From the NCBI GenBank assembly GCA_051294375.1, contig CM119265.1, forward strand, positions 5,262,355 through 5,326,354: a stretch of DNA of 64,000 nt, read 5' to 3'. Shown piece after piece: positions 51,113 to 64,000 of the stretch. The first letter of the stretch is position 1, and every line of letters starts with the position of its first letter. Both the position numbers and the translations under genes were made by a program. Origin of the DNA: Paraspadella gotoi (taxonomy: Eukaryota > Animalia > Chaetognatha). Below the pieces are notes generated by a model. It did not search any database, was not told the DNA's origin, and saw only the letters and a program-made list of their open reading frames with translations.

Positions 51113-54100
51113 AAAGAGACTTGTCTTTAAGAAAATTAGCTCTCTCAAGGCCGATCGTCGCCCCACAGAAAATCGATGTTATTTATAAGAGGATTGCCTT
51201 ACGTTCGGTGTTAATATTGTATGCTTAATAGTAACTATACGGTTTTCGTTAGTTTCGTTTTGTTAATCGCGTTAGCGGACTTGAATCTTCATAGTAGGAC
51301 GATTACTGATACGACGAACGGGAGAAGAAGCACGAAAGGTTTTCGAGAAGCAGTTATATGTGGTCGAGATTTTTTTTTTGTTTGTTAGATTTGTTTTAGT
51401 TTTCGTTATTTTTTTTTTATCAACGTCGATTATTAGTAGAATTGTTAATTAATTATATAAGACGAGAACTCAAAAGTATGACGACGTATAACGATTAAAG
51501 AGAGAGAGAGAGAGAGGATTGTTTAATGAAAAATAAAAATAATAATGCTTCGTTTATTGTTTTGTGTTTGTTATCCGTAAGAGATATTGATTTAATCTGT
51601 TTTTTATCTAATTTTTGTTTTGTTTTGTTGCTTTATGCCGTAAATTTAATTATATATCCTTGGTTTTATGCTTCGTTGCTTGTTTTGATTCGTTTTTTTT
51701 TTTTTTTTTTTGCTTTGTTCGTTTCTCTCTTGAAATCTTGAACGTCGATTGAGAAAATCTGGCGAAGGAGGAAGAGGAGAAAAAGCCGTTTTTTTTTCCG
51801 GAGAACGAAAGACGCCATTTTGATTCGCAAACGCAGTAAATAGAAAAAAAAAATAGGGGATAAAAAAGAGGAAATGAAATCAGCGCTCGGAGGAAAAAAA
51901 ATTTAGTTCTAAAATTTTAAGAAAAAAAGGGTGAAAAAAAAATATATGTGTTTTCGTTAAGAGGATTACCGTGCTTTTTCACCCATTTTCTTGAGTGAGT
52001 GAAAAACATTTTTAGTGATATGTAAGGCTCTCTGATGTTTGTTTAACTTAATCGAAAAAAATCGTGGGAAACAAAAACAACAAAAAAAGAAAAACAAGAA
52101 AAAATAAAAAGGGAGTTTGAAAGATGGATGAGTTAGCCAAAGGCAAAAGGAGGCGGACCTTCCCCGCGAGACAACCCAACTTTTTTTTTATCTCACTTTT
52201 TTTTCTTTTTTTGAGAATTCGCTGAGCGACAGGAAAAGATAAGTTTTGCTCATCAAGTCTCATTACTTTTTTCACTTTTATTTTAAAATTGTTCTCTTTC
52301 TTAACTAAAAACTTAACATATTAATATTGTATTTAAAAACAGTGAAATAAAAATAGTGAAAGGAAAAACTGATTTTGAAATCTTTTTTTTATGAAAATAC
52401 CTTATTTAAAAATGTAGAAGAGTATTCGTAACTACAGGTAGTCATGTTTTATGCATTTTTTTTTATCTTAGACATCAGTAAGTTTCGAGTATCAATTTTT
52501 AATTTTCTCTTTTGCCTTCTTGTGAATTATTTAAGACGCATACCAGGTTTCATTTTTGTTGACTTCCATTGGTATTTATTTCATTGTAATAATTCTTGTT
52601 TGATTTTCTATTTTATTTATTATTTTATTTATTTATTTATTTTATTAATTATTTCATTTATTATTTTAACTTTCTTTCTTTTCGTTGTAATGCAAGATAA
52701 TAAAACTAGTTTTATTTTGTAACGAAAATTTCATTCAAATAAAAATTTTAGTTATGTATAATTTTTCGCGATGCGAATTTTACTTTCATTTTAAGGTTAA
52801 AAACTTATTTTTTCTCTTCTTTTTCCAAGGACAACTTTTAGTTACTTTAACTAAGAGTATGTAAATTTACGAAATACTCTTAAGCTATTTAAGTTAATCA
52901 ATTATTTTCACACTTCCGCTCTCTTCTCTTATTTCCCTATCCTCTCATCCCACCCCCCTTTCCCCTCCCCCCCAGCCTCTAATTGGCAAATCCCCCCACC
53001 TTCTCTTCCGCTTCCCCACTAATTAAACTCACCCGTTGGGGATTTTCTCCTTCTTCGACGAGAGGCGCAGTCGACCAACAAGTGGGTTTCGTTACGTGTA
53101 AGTAAAACAACACTAGACTCGGAATACAACGACAACTAAGGTTCTTTCTTTTTAGTTTTTTCTCTTTTTTTTAAAAAAAAAAAAGCTCGTAAACCGAATT
53201 CTTCCCCTCAGTCGGCCATTATTTCCGGTTTTTTTTTTCCTTCTTTTTTTGTTGTTTTTTGTTGCCTTTTTTTTTTAAACTTTCTTTTTACTTTTTCCCG
53301 TTTGTGGACTCTCGACGATGGTTTATGGAACTTCTTGTTCCTTTCATTAGTTTTGTTTTCTTGTTTCTTCGTTTTATTTCTTTTATTGACCGTTCGTTTT
53401 AACGTGTTACAATCTTGTACTTTTTTCTTTCTTTTTTATTATTTCTTTTCTTTTTTTCTTTTCTTTCCTTCTCAATAGCCCCTGATGGTCGGTTAATGGG
53501 CGTTTTCAACCAGGAACTCTGGTTCAAACGCTGCCAACGGTCCGATGGTCTGATCCCTTCCGGTGCTTTGATCCTTTCCGCTGCGTTGACCCCTACTTTC
53601 CTTTCTGATCCCTATCATTGATGGAATCGATCGGATCCGGGGATCATTGGCGATGTCGCCCGAATCCGCTGCAAGCGTTCCTCCTCAAAAAAAGGGTATT
53701 AACTCCGTACATTGGCCTTTTGTTTTCTGAAATGGCTCCGGGCTCCCTCTCTTTTTATATTAACGAGATTTTTATTCTCTTTCTTTTCACAGGATTATTC
53801 AAGGACATTATTCCTCGATTAAAATTACAAAAAAAACCTCGGAATTCTTTTTTTAAATATTTTTTTCTGTTTTATCGGACGAAAGAAAAAAGGAGAGAAA
53901 AATTATTCCATCGGCGTCGATGAAATAAGGGCTGGTGAGGTGAGCACTGAGCGGGGAGGCGTTTGGGTGAAAAGAATTGGCAGAAGGGTGCAGGGGGTTC
54001 CCTATTACAAACAAGAGGATTGCAATAGCTCAGAGAGAATTTGAAACGTAAAGACAAAAGTTAGAATAATGTGAGGGCAAAAAACAAAAAAAAGTCTTTC

Positions 54101-54667
54101 GGAATGGAGAGCGTGAGACGCTTGTAGATACAGAGAGAGAGAAAGAGAGAGAGAGAACGGGATGTGACCCAAAGAGAGAGAGAAGGTTGTAATCCAGAAG
54201 CGAGAAAGATTAAGGATCGAGAAGGGAAGACGAACGAAGGGCGTAAAGGGAGCGACCCGAAAATGAAGGGGGGGGGGAGGAGGGCAGAGAGAGAGAGAGA
54301 GTGAGGGCGGAAAAGGGTGAGAGGGCAAGAGATTTTTTAGAAGGGCCGAGAGGGCGAGACGAGAGGAGATAGAAACCAGCGGGAAGGCAAATGGATGGCT
54401 AGAGGGCGCTTGTTTACTGTTTACCAAAAAAAAAAGAGGGAGAGAGAGAGGGAGAGAGGGACGAGCGGTCAAATAGGCAAAAATAAAGAAAAAAATCTCC
54501 TTGGGAGTTTTGACGAGAATACGCTGTGGACCGGCTGGGTGATTTTTTCTGCCTCTTCGCCCAAGTCGGCGTTATATTTGGGCGATAAACTCGGAGCGAA
54601 ATGTGAGAGGGAAACACGATACGTGTTTTCAGGCGCCTTTTTTTTTTGTTGGCCAGATTTCGGCGAA

Positions 54668-54680
54668 AGGTCAAAGGTCA
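54668..54680 (+). promoter_or_regulatory. Perfect nuclear-receptor DR1 element AGGTCA-A-AGGTCA
   Basis: Exact consensus within a locally GC-richer non-coding island. Confidence 0.45.
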
Positions 54681-55143
54681 CCGGCGTCTTTGAGGCGTTG
54701 AAGCGAAGGGATGCGAGGCGTCGCTGGCGTCGATTTTCACGCCCAATCTCTTGAAAGAGGAAATAGAGAAGGAGAAACAAAGAGCGTGATAGGGGGAGGG
54801 AGAGGGTGAGTCAAAAAGTTTTAAAAAAATAGAGGAAAAACCCAAAATCGCACTCGCGTTTATAAATTTAACTGTTTAGATAGCTTATTGGGAAACCATT
54901 CACCGGAAAATAGATGCGAGCAAGTTACGAGGAATCTCTGTCTGATTTTGAACCAAATCGACATTCACGGATGATGCTCGTGATTAGAGCGATCACGCTT
55001 TCGCTTCTGATTGTCTATCCGCGTGAACCGTGACACGAAGGGAAAATCCTGCCAACTCGTCTAAGCCTCAGTGAGTCGGACTTCACTTACTTCACGTAGT
55101 GCCGAGGCTGCAACACAGCGCGTCTCCAGGATTTGCTGGACGG

Positions 55144-55276
55144 TAGGACAAAGAGTTTCCGGTCTCTGGGACAAAGAGCTTAGGCCAGTGGGAAAAAGAT
55201 CTTCGGTCTATAGGACAAAGAACTTCGGTCGATAGGACAAAGAGCTTCGGTCTATAGGACAAAGAGCCTCAGTCTG
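55144..55276. repeat. Minisatellite, six ~22-bp units (consensus TAGGACAAAGAGCTTCGGTCTA)
   Basis: Units taggacaaagagtttccggtctc, tgggacaaagagcttaggccag, tgggaaaaagatcttcggtcta, taggacaaagaacttcggtcga, taggacaaagagcttcggtcta and taggacaaagagcctcagtctg, head to tail with no spacers. Confidence 0.9.
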
Positions 55277-57412
55277 TGTCGTGTGTAAAGAGAATCGGCG
55301 GACTGAATCCAAAGCAGGAACGAGGGGCGAGCGACCGAGCGGCGCCAAAGTCGGTGAAATCGTTGACGACCTTTCACAAGGTCGAGAGGGTCACTTCGCT
55401 TTTTACAAGAGTCACGGCGTCGAGGTCACGTGATTCGAGAGGATGAGTTCGTTCCGAGCGAGTGAGACGGTGGGACTGTGAGTGAAGATGGTGAGTTGGG
55501 GAACGAGAATTTTGGTGAGGTCCTTTATGCGAGTCGTGTTAGAACGGGGAGGAAAGTTGTGAAAAAAAATGTGTAAACTGGATTTGGAAATGGTGAACGG
55601 TGAAGAGTTACTTAAAATAGCCTGACGGAAAATGGCGTTAGAAGGGTGAAGGATTATCGTCTGTGAACGGTGCGGTGTTGAATGGTTAGTGACAACGAAC
55701 TTCCAATGTGTTTCTCTTTTCACCTCCAGGGATGTTTTTTTTTTGTAGAGAAAGTTTTCTCGGTCGGCGACAACCGAGTGATGTTTTTTTTTTTCGTAGA
55801 GCGATCGCTGGCTGCCCGTGCGGAACGGGCGACGGGGCGAGCGACGGCAAAAATAGGTTGGTTCGCTACGGCGCGATTCGAATGGCAGTCACGTTTACCG
55901 GAGTACTTGATGGGAACAGAAGGCGCGTCGGAGGTGGCACTGATGCAGGAGGTGGCGCCGGGGTTGGTGGTCCAGGTGGCGCCGAGAACTGGTGGGGTGG
56001 GTGTCGAGAGTTGAAGGCGATGCCGTGAGAAGCAGACGACGCGCGAAGGAAGAAAAGATGAAGACACCAAAAGTTGTTGGACTTTAGAAGGAGACTAGGG
56101 CGAACTGATTTTTTTTTTAAAAATTCGAAACATAAATCGTAAACAAGTACGTACAAACAAGAAAATTTAGATGTGAGATAGTATGATTAAGGCGTATAAA
56201 AATTTTTTGGCTTATAATATTTGGGGAATAGTATCATTAATTACAATATATTTATAATATTATCCTTACAACATAATAAATTTTCAAAATAATTTAAAAA
56301 AAATTTTATTAAAGATTCTGATTCTTCAGAAAAAGTTAGATCAATGCCTTCAGCGTCAAAAATAGAAAAAAAGGTCAAAATTCTCTACTACAAAAGTTTT
56401 TCAGTTTTTTCATGCGAATCCAAAACTGTTTTTAAAATTACAAAAAATATGATTTTAAAATTTTATGATTTTATAAGGATTTTATTATAAAAAAACTTAA
56501 ATTTATGATACTGTTATGCAATTTTTTTTGAAAAAGAGCTTAATTAAATTATAAAAGAATATACTCGATATAAAGATTTTAATTAAATCTAATATATAAT
56601 AAAATTTATTAAATTCTTACATTTATTTTACAATTTTAATATAAAATTTTAAAGTCTAATTTAGTAAAACAAGTAATCTTAAATTTTTTCATAAACAAAG
56701 GCAGCAAAAAAACATTGTTCCATCGCTCAATCTTTTCATCACTCCACCCTAATGGTGAGTACGATTCATTCAAACAGCTGAATAGATTAAACAGACTTAT
56801 CAAAAAAAAATTTTATTAACCAATTGTGTTTTATGAAAAAGATATTTGTTAAAGATTTATATTTCGATTTTTATTGAAAACCCTACTATTGGAGACGTCT
56901 TGAGAAGAAAAAAACGGGTGGAAGCGTTGGACGAGGACGACGCCGCCCAAGAGTTGGAACAGGAGCGTCTCTTGGAAGACCTAGAAGTGGGGTGGAGGTA
57001 GGGGGGTGGGATGGATTGAATGAGGGCCGGAAAATGGTTAATTTAAAAGTTGGGATTTTGATAAACCAAGATCGAAAAAGAGAAGGGGGGGGAATTTGGT
57101 GGAAGAAAAAAAAAGTTCTGTGGCTGCGAATCTGTTCCAAACATTTGCAGGATTTCACATATTTTACGCGAAAGATCTGCGTTCTTCCCCACGTCAAGGG
57201 ATTACTATGGATCAAATAACAATAAATCAAAAAAAATGCGTAAAGAATGGGAGTTCCAGCTTGCCACAGACGCCAGGATTGAAGCCTAGAGAGCGAGAGA
57301 GAGCTCAGCGGCACGAAATCCGCCCCCTAAAAAAAAACACGTGTCACCGATTGACGAGAGAGATGGCTTTCGGGTCATCCACTCCCGAGTGAGAGAATTT
57401 TCGCATGGTGCT

Positions 57413-57426
57413 GTCACCATGGTTAC
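57413..57426. promoter_or_regulatory. Near-palindromic RFX X-box-like motif GTCACCATGGTTAC
   Basis: Fits GTNRCCATGGYNAC and lies in a GC-richer non-coding island. Confidence 0.4.
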
Positions 57427-57530
57427 GCGCACTTTCTTTCTCTCTCGGGGCTTTCAAAGCCTGTCGAGACAAACCTGATATATGTTCGCCCGAAACAATC
57501 TTGCATGCGCGATTCGAGCGTGAGGGAGAG

Positions 57531-57534
<4 letters not shown>

Positions 57535-57616
<82 letters not shown>
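57535..57616. repeat. (AG)n microsatellite
   Basis: Seen directly. Confidence 0.97.
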
Positions 57617-57619
<3 letters not shown>

Positions 57620-58289
57620 GAGCGAGAGCCTTTTTTTTGCATTCTAAATGACTGTCGCAGCTTTCGATTCGTATGGCAATGGCGCTAGAAAAGTTTCTCG
57701 CTCTTCCTATTCAAATTTGTTTCCAACGCCAGCGACAACCTCGGCATCATCGTCATCGTCGTCATCATCATCGTCATCGTCGTCGTCGTCGTCGTCGTCT
57801 TCGGTTTGGTCTTTATCAATTATTGCTTTTTTTGATATTTGTTTTCTCTAAAACAATATGACCTTATCGTGAGCTTTGCTAACGTATAAAAAATTTAGAA
57901 ATATAAAACCGCAAAAATAAAAAGTAAATTTTTAACTGCTGAACCGTCGACGAGATTTTAATAAAATTTCCATTGTTCCCTTCTTTGTTTGTGGTTTGGC
58001 AAGAACAACGTTGGCGCGCCATTTCTGTTTATTAAAAGAAAAAAAATATTAATAAAAAAAAGAGAAAGGGAATTAAAAAAAAAAAAAGAAGAAGTAGGAG
58101 TTGTTGTTCTAATCCAAACATCATCCATGGAGAGAGAAAAGTCGAGGACGCTGGCGAGATTATTATTCATGGTTACGACCCAATCTTCCAGAGATGGAGG
58201 GAGGGAAGGGAAAAAGGAGAGCGAGAGAGAGAGAGAGCGAGATAGCTGAGAGAGCGCAGAGAGAAGAGAGAGATAGAGAGATGAGAGAT

Positions 58290-58334
<45 letters not shown>

Positions 58335-59549
58335 TCCATCGAGCCCCGGATTAATTTGCAAACCAAACGAAAGTCGAGAGTCCCTCTCGCTCCCGCTCCA
58401 ACTTGAAAATGGATGAAACCGCAAGGAGGAGACCGAAAAAAAAGGTAAGTGCTTGTGACGCGAAAAAGATACGGGTAGGTCTTTCATCCTCGCGCAAAAG
58501 TAAGTCTTCATCTCACTATTTTCACGGATAAAAGGGTGGAAGGAAAGATTGAGAAGAAAAGAAAAAAAAAAGACGGGGAAAATAACTGTATTTCATTAAT
58601 AAAAGAAAAAAAAATAAAGCGTGAATAAACAGCGATCGTTTGAAAGGGACGTTTCTATCAGCATTCGATCACGGAACACAAAGACGTCATTGCCTAGTCC
58701 CCGCGCCGTTCCGGTTCCATCCCTCACCTTTCAAGGAATTCTCCTTTCGTTTCCACCAGCGTTGGTCATAATCCGAAGAATGGGGCGGCGACGACAATTA
58801 CGACGATGACGACGACGATGCGAATGAGGGTTTTTTCTTCGCGCAGAGTGAGATATTTATTTTTATTCCTTTTTTTTTTTGTTTTGTTCTTTTCTTTCTT
58901 TTTTTTTCTGACTTCGTGGTTTCGTTTTACTTTTTCTTTTTTTCTTGGGACTAAATTACGTGATAGTATATGACGAGATAAAGAGAGAGAGAATGAAATA
59001 AATCCGTACGAAAGAAAAACTTTCAATCTTGATGTAATTTTTCCTCCGTCAAATGTAAAGTTTTTTTTTAATTCTTTTTTTTTTTTTTTCAATTTTTGTT
59101 CTTTTTTTTTATGAGCGTGAAAAATAGGATTGAGGCAATACTCGTGGAAAATAGAAAGTGAGAAAGAGAGAGTTGGAGAGAGATAGAAAGAGAGATGAGG
59201 AGAACTAGAAATACTGAAAACTGAAAGTGAATAACGGAGAATGAGAGAGATAGAGAGAGAGAGAGAAAAAAAGGGGGCGCGACGCTCAACGCTGAGACTT
59301 TCGCGTCGGAGGCGTCGTTGTGTTCCGGAAACGTCGAGGCGCTGTTGTGACGAGGCGGCGGCGCGGTGGTGGCGCGCGCGAGAGAGAAGAGACGCGCCTA
59401 GCGCGCCGGCGCGTGCGGATATGGGGGCGGGGAAGAAAGCAGCGCGCAATGTCGTGGGCGCGCGCGAAAGAAGGACTCGTCTTGAAGCGCCGAAAGAGGG
59501 AGCTAGGTGGGGAAAAATGGAAAGGGGAGAGAATAGGAAGAGGGGGGAC

Positions 59550-59592
<43 letters not shown>

Positions 59593-59597
59593 AGAGA

Positions 59598-59635
<38 letters not shown>

Positions 59636-60100
59636 GAGAGGAGGGGCAGAAAAAAGGAAAGAAAAATCGCGGCGCGCCACCCGTATGTCTTACAAATCTA
59701 CGAGGAAGCTACCGGATGTAACTGGTTTATTTTTTCACGCCTTCCGTTGACGACGACAGAAACGGAAGTGAAAAATTAAGATTAAAAAGGTTTTAAACTG
59801 AAATCGACGGGGAATCGCGTAGCGGAAATCAATTAAGGGGAAAAAAAGGGGAAATGGAAATACAGACGTTTTTTGCTATCGATTTTCCAAGCGGAAGCCT
59901 TTGGTCTTTAGGGGAGGCTTTTGAACTTGAATCGTTGTCGATAGATAGTAAAAGAAAAAAGGATGATTCACAATAGATTGAGTATTGTGAAATTCTCTTT
60001 GAAGAGAACAATTTTTAAAGAAGGGAAGATAGTTAAGTTAACTTGTAAAATAAAACCGAAAGAAATAAAGAAAATAAAGAGGAGGCAAGAAGGGAGGGGG

Positions 60101-60213
<113 letters not shown>

Positions 60214-61049
60214 AAAGAGAGAAAAAATTGGAGAGAGAGAGATAGAGAGAAGCAGAGAAAAAAAAAAGAAAGAGAGAGAGAGATAGGCAAAAGTAAATAG
60301 AGTACATCAGACGAACTTATTTTTAGACCGAAGCGAGTGATAAATTAGAGTCCATTTCACTTTTGCCAAAGTCATTTTTTTTAACAGGGCAAAACGGAAA
60401 TAGAGCCATAACAAAGGATAACAACAAAATATTTTGTTTCAACTTTTAAGCACCGAGTACTATTTTGTCTTTTTTATTTTTATTTTTAAAATTCAACCCC
60501 ACTAGAAACACTGTTGGTCCAAAAAACGCTAGAGGTTTCTCTTAAAAGTTGAGTCGCTTTCCTTGTTGACTGGCGAAACTTATATTTCCATAAAATAACT
60601 TGAAAGGAACGCAGCGAGGCGAGACTCAATTCTATTTCCTCACAAATAGGAAAATGGTCTCTCGAAAAAGCAAAGGAAAGCGAGAGAGAGTGAAAAAAAA
60701 AGCCACGTGGCCCCGAAAGCGCATTAACGATGAAAAATCCATCACAAAATTCATGAAGCATTAAACAAGGTTTCGGGCAAAAGCCGCGCGGAGAGACAAA
60801 TCTTATCGCTCGACCTGTCTAAATCAAATAAAAGTGTTCCAGTCTTGGTATTGAATTGATTAAATATGAAAAATTGCAGGAACGGTTTTTATTTTTTCGC
60901 ATCATTTCTCAAAATAAGATTTTGTCAAAAATAGCTTACCTTGATGGTAAAATAGGAAAGGAACTTATTAATAAGGGAACACCAGTTTTTTATACACTTG
61001 AAGAGACAGTGATAATTGTTATATGTTAGTGACAGAACCGTTCAATTTA

Positions 61050-61197
61050 TGCAGTCCCTGAGATTCGGATCAGGCTGTAACACCGTGTTACAGGCGGGTT
61101 AAGCGCCCCGACCCTCTTAACTGCTAGGCGGCTACCGGGCTAGAACCCCGAACCTTTCGATTGGAAGGCGAATGACTTGCCTCCGGCACCAATGGCC
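61050..61197 (-). mobile_element. tRNA-Gly(TCC)-derived SINE-like element or tRNA pseudogene
   Basis: Minus strand 61197-61127 reads GGCCATTGGTGCCGGAGGCAAGTCATTCGCCTTCCAATCGAAAGGTTCGGGGTTCTAGCCCGGTAGCCGCC. It has a degenerate A box, an anticodon arm TTCGC-CTTCCAA-TCGAA and a B box GGTTCTAGCCC. The acceptor stem is broken and a GC-rich body follows; the 3' boundary is approximate. Confidence 0.6.
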
Positions 61198-64000
61198 ACT
61201 GATGAACTGTTGGTGGATTTTAGTCCACCATACACTTATTTTATCCTATTTTTAAAAAAAAAATAGCAAAACAATCTCCCACAAAAAAGGAAACTTGCAA
61301 TTTTAAAGCAAAATATTTTAACAATTAAAGCTGGTTCCTGGTTATTTATAATTGTGCTATTTAAATTTAAAAAAGGTGCATTGTGAGATTTGAAAAAAAA
61401 AGTAATCCTACAAGAAATAATTTTATTTTATGATAAAGATAATAACTTCATTTTATGCCTTGTCTCTGGTTCTACTTGGTAGGAAAAGTTGGGGAATGCT
61501 CTGTTTTTCCGTAAGGTAGACGGAGCGAGAAAAAGTTGTGACGAATACAAAATTGTTTTCCTTTGTTTACTGATGTTTCCGCAAAAACAAAACAAAATCA
61601 TTATTCGTCTTGTTTTAAAGTTGTTTTTGGCTCAAGGGTTTTTAAACTGATTATTAGGAATTATAACAATTCCAAAAAAAACATTCGTCAGATATTATTC
61701 TTCCTTAAAATTATTTCGTTTCGTTTATAACCTTAGGCGTTCTATCACTTTTTATTTTAAAATAAAAATATCTTTGTAAAATTATTGTTGTTGAAAAAAC
61801 AAAATATTCAGAAACAAGGAAACTATTAGTACAGTCTAATAATAAAAATATGTTTCTACCATTTTGAAATTTTATAGTACATATTTGCAAAAGGAGTTAG
61901 AGACAAATTAAGTAAACATGTAAAGCGGCAAAATTTTTCTCGCTCTTCTTTTAATTCGACATCAGAAACAAACAGAGTTCCTTCTATTTTTATTCCCCCC
62001 TCATTTTGTTTCCTACTTTCACGGCCATTCAACAATGACGACGACTAATCTAAGCGTCACCCTTTGAGCAATGAGCATCTCCCTTTTTCCCTTCCGAGCC
62101 ACGCTAATTTCCTCACCAACGAACTATTTACCCTAGAAAAGCGTCGGTACCGCCCCTTCCACCGGCTCAGAGCCCTACTTTAAGCCCAGGCGAAACAAGT
62201 GGGTCACGATAATCTTGGATCGCTCGTAAAGAGGGCGTCGCGGTTGTCCACGTTCCCCCCCCCCTTAGTTTCCCTCGCGCTGGAATCCGTCGCGCCTCGT
62301 TTCCCAGTTTTCCCAGATTAATTCGCTTAGGCGGAATTTAATTTCCTGGGTTTATTTTTCAACGAGTTAATCGGGCTCCTTGTTCACGTCTCACGAAGTT
62401 AAGGTGAACGATCGAACGTGCGGAAAAAAAAAAAAATTTCTTGGTCGGTTGAGGAGAATAAAAAACCCAGAAAAATGGGGTTAGTTTTTTGGAATGTATC
62501 ATGACCTAACATTACGGGGTGATATTCTCGAAATTTTATGCTGCTCAGTACATTTATATTCGATTGATAACCCTCTCTTTTTATATTCTCAACTGTATCA
62601 TTTCCCTCTCAACATTTACGTCATTTCTTTTTATTCTGACTATTTTTTTTTATTTTGCGCTTGTCTCTACATTTCTCCCTCTTGGATTTTTATTCCGCTC
62701 ATTTCATATTTTTTTTCCGCTTCATTGTCCAAAAAAATCATATATTCCACATGAACTGAATTCAATGAAATTAATTGAGCATGTAAATGAAACGTAGATA
62801 TTTAAATCCTTGACTCAATGCAGGTTTTCGGTCCCAACATTAAAGCCATTTCAGGGTAAATCGTCGCTGAAAATCCGGAACTAAAAAAGAAATAACTAAT
62901 ATCCGTGTTGGGCAATATTTAATATCGAAAATGTCGATAAAAATCAACAACGAAACAGATTGCCAATTCCGATGCTTCAATAACGGATTGTTTTGTTTGT
63001 TTTTTGTTTGTTTTTTTCGCAAATCCAGATTTCAGTCGTCAGAATCAAACGCGACCGAATGTGGCGAAAAGCGGATGAATCGGGAAAATCCCGGATGTAA
63101 TTAGAAGTCCTTTAATTCACTTTTTGTTTTTAAATTGAAGCTTTTATTTTTAGAATAAAAAAAGTGGTTCCGCGTCTCTAAATTGAATAGGATGGTTGAA
63201 ACGAGGGGGGGGGACTGGATGCTTGATTAAATATCGGGAATGTATGTGAGAAAAAATAGGAAATAGATGTAAGGGAGGAAAGATGACAATGGGGAAAGAT
63301 GACAATGTCATCCACAATGCGTAGATGACAATGATACTTCGAATTCGAGAGTCTAATCTGTTTGCAAAGTAAAAGAGAGATAATTGAGATTATTTAAAAT
63401 CGGACATGTTTCGGTTCAGCGCAAAAAGTTTTGACATTTGTAAAACAATACAGAGAGTCTAATCAAAATTATTCCTGTCAGTCAGAGTTAAGCATTTTCG
63501 TTACTAGATCGGGTTGTGAGACGCGAAAGTCTGCCACTAGTTATTTGCTTGGCGACATCTCTCAACCTGAACCGAGATTAGATCTAGAATTTGAACTCTC
63601 ATACTCACAATTGCATAACTCCTTTTGGTTTTAAACCTTCTTTTAAAATCATTTCCTAATCGGTAGAGTTATATTATAAGATGCTCATCAGCTTTGAACG
63701 TCACGTCTCAAACGTGATTCGTTGGATGACGTTTTATACATAGCAGACGACAAAGAATTTCTAGGGTAAGAAAGAGAAACGAACCGTGAAAACGAGGACG
63801 AATATATGAACGACAAGTCTGATGGAAAGGGGGAAAGGAGCGGAAGGATCGGATGGGGTTTGCAGACAGGGTGGCCCATGGGGCGCCGGGGCGAGTATAG
63901 TCGATGGGAAATGGAGCGAAGACGAACGCGATCAGAATCGGGAAGAAACTTTCTTTTTCTCACGAATTTCGCTCACGACTTTTGTCTTCTCACGGTGATT

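Noticed and set aside
55144-55276. CRISPR-like array
   Set aside because: The units are contiguous with no unique spacers, there are no cas genes, and the context is eukaryotic.
53470-56070. Possible exons of a further minus-strand gene (53.5 kb, 54.5-54.75 kb, 55.9 kb)
   Set aside because: Could not assemble phase-consistent splice sites or recognise any domain.
61127-61197. Functional tRNA-Gly(TCC) gene
   Set aside because: The acceptor and D stems do not pair, the anticodon stem has a mismatch and the T-loop deviates (TTCTAG).
61199-61240. Hammerhead ribozyme (CTGATGA followed by a hairpin)
   Set aside because: The required GAAA after stem II is absent, and no stems I/III were found.

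Overview
Eukaryotic (invertebrate animal-like) genomic window: AT-rich, with short GT-AG introns and dense (AG)n/(GAC)n microsatellites. I reconstructed six spliced or single-exon genes by hand. On the + strand: an RFX7/RFX5-class winged-helix transcription factor (16668-22896), an intronless flotillin-1 (24952-26223) and a two-exon C-factor/sniffer-type SDR (26892-27738). On the - strand: an 11-exon SdsA1/BDS1-type alkyl sulfatase (31916-28191), a 6-exon SLC46-family MFS transporter (35590-32812) and a multi-exon single-pass Cys-rich membrane protein with a PPSY motif, Shisa-like/WBP1/VOPP1 type (49497-39249). The first ~16.5 kb is mostly insertion-ridden duplicates next to two 25-N gaps, including a 9.3 kb degraded copy of the RFX7 locus. 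This is most probably long-read gap-filling artefact rather than biology. The most interesting candidates are the intron-containing, signal-anchored bacterial-type alkyl sulfatase lying between an SDR and a transporter, an ~840 bp foldback element in the intron that splits the RFX DNA-binding domain, two RFX X-box matches, alternative first exons of the membrane protein, a perfect DR1 element and a tRNA-Gly-derived SINE-like element. I see no prokaryotic-type system (CRISPR etc.) and cannot establish a wholly new system from sequence alone.
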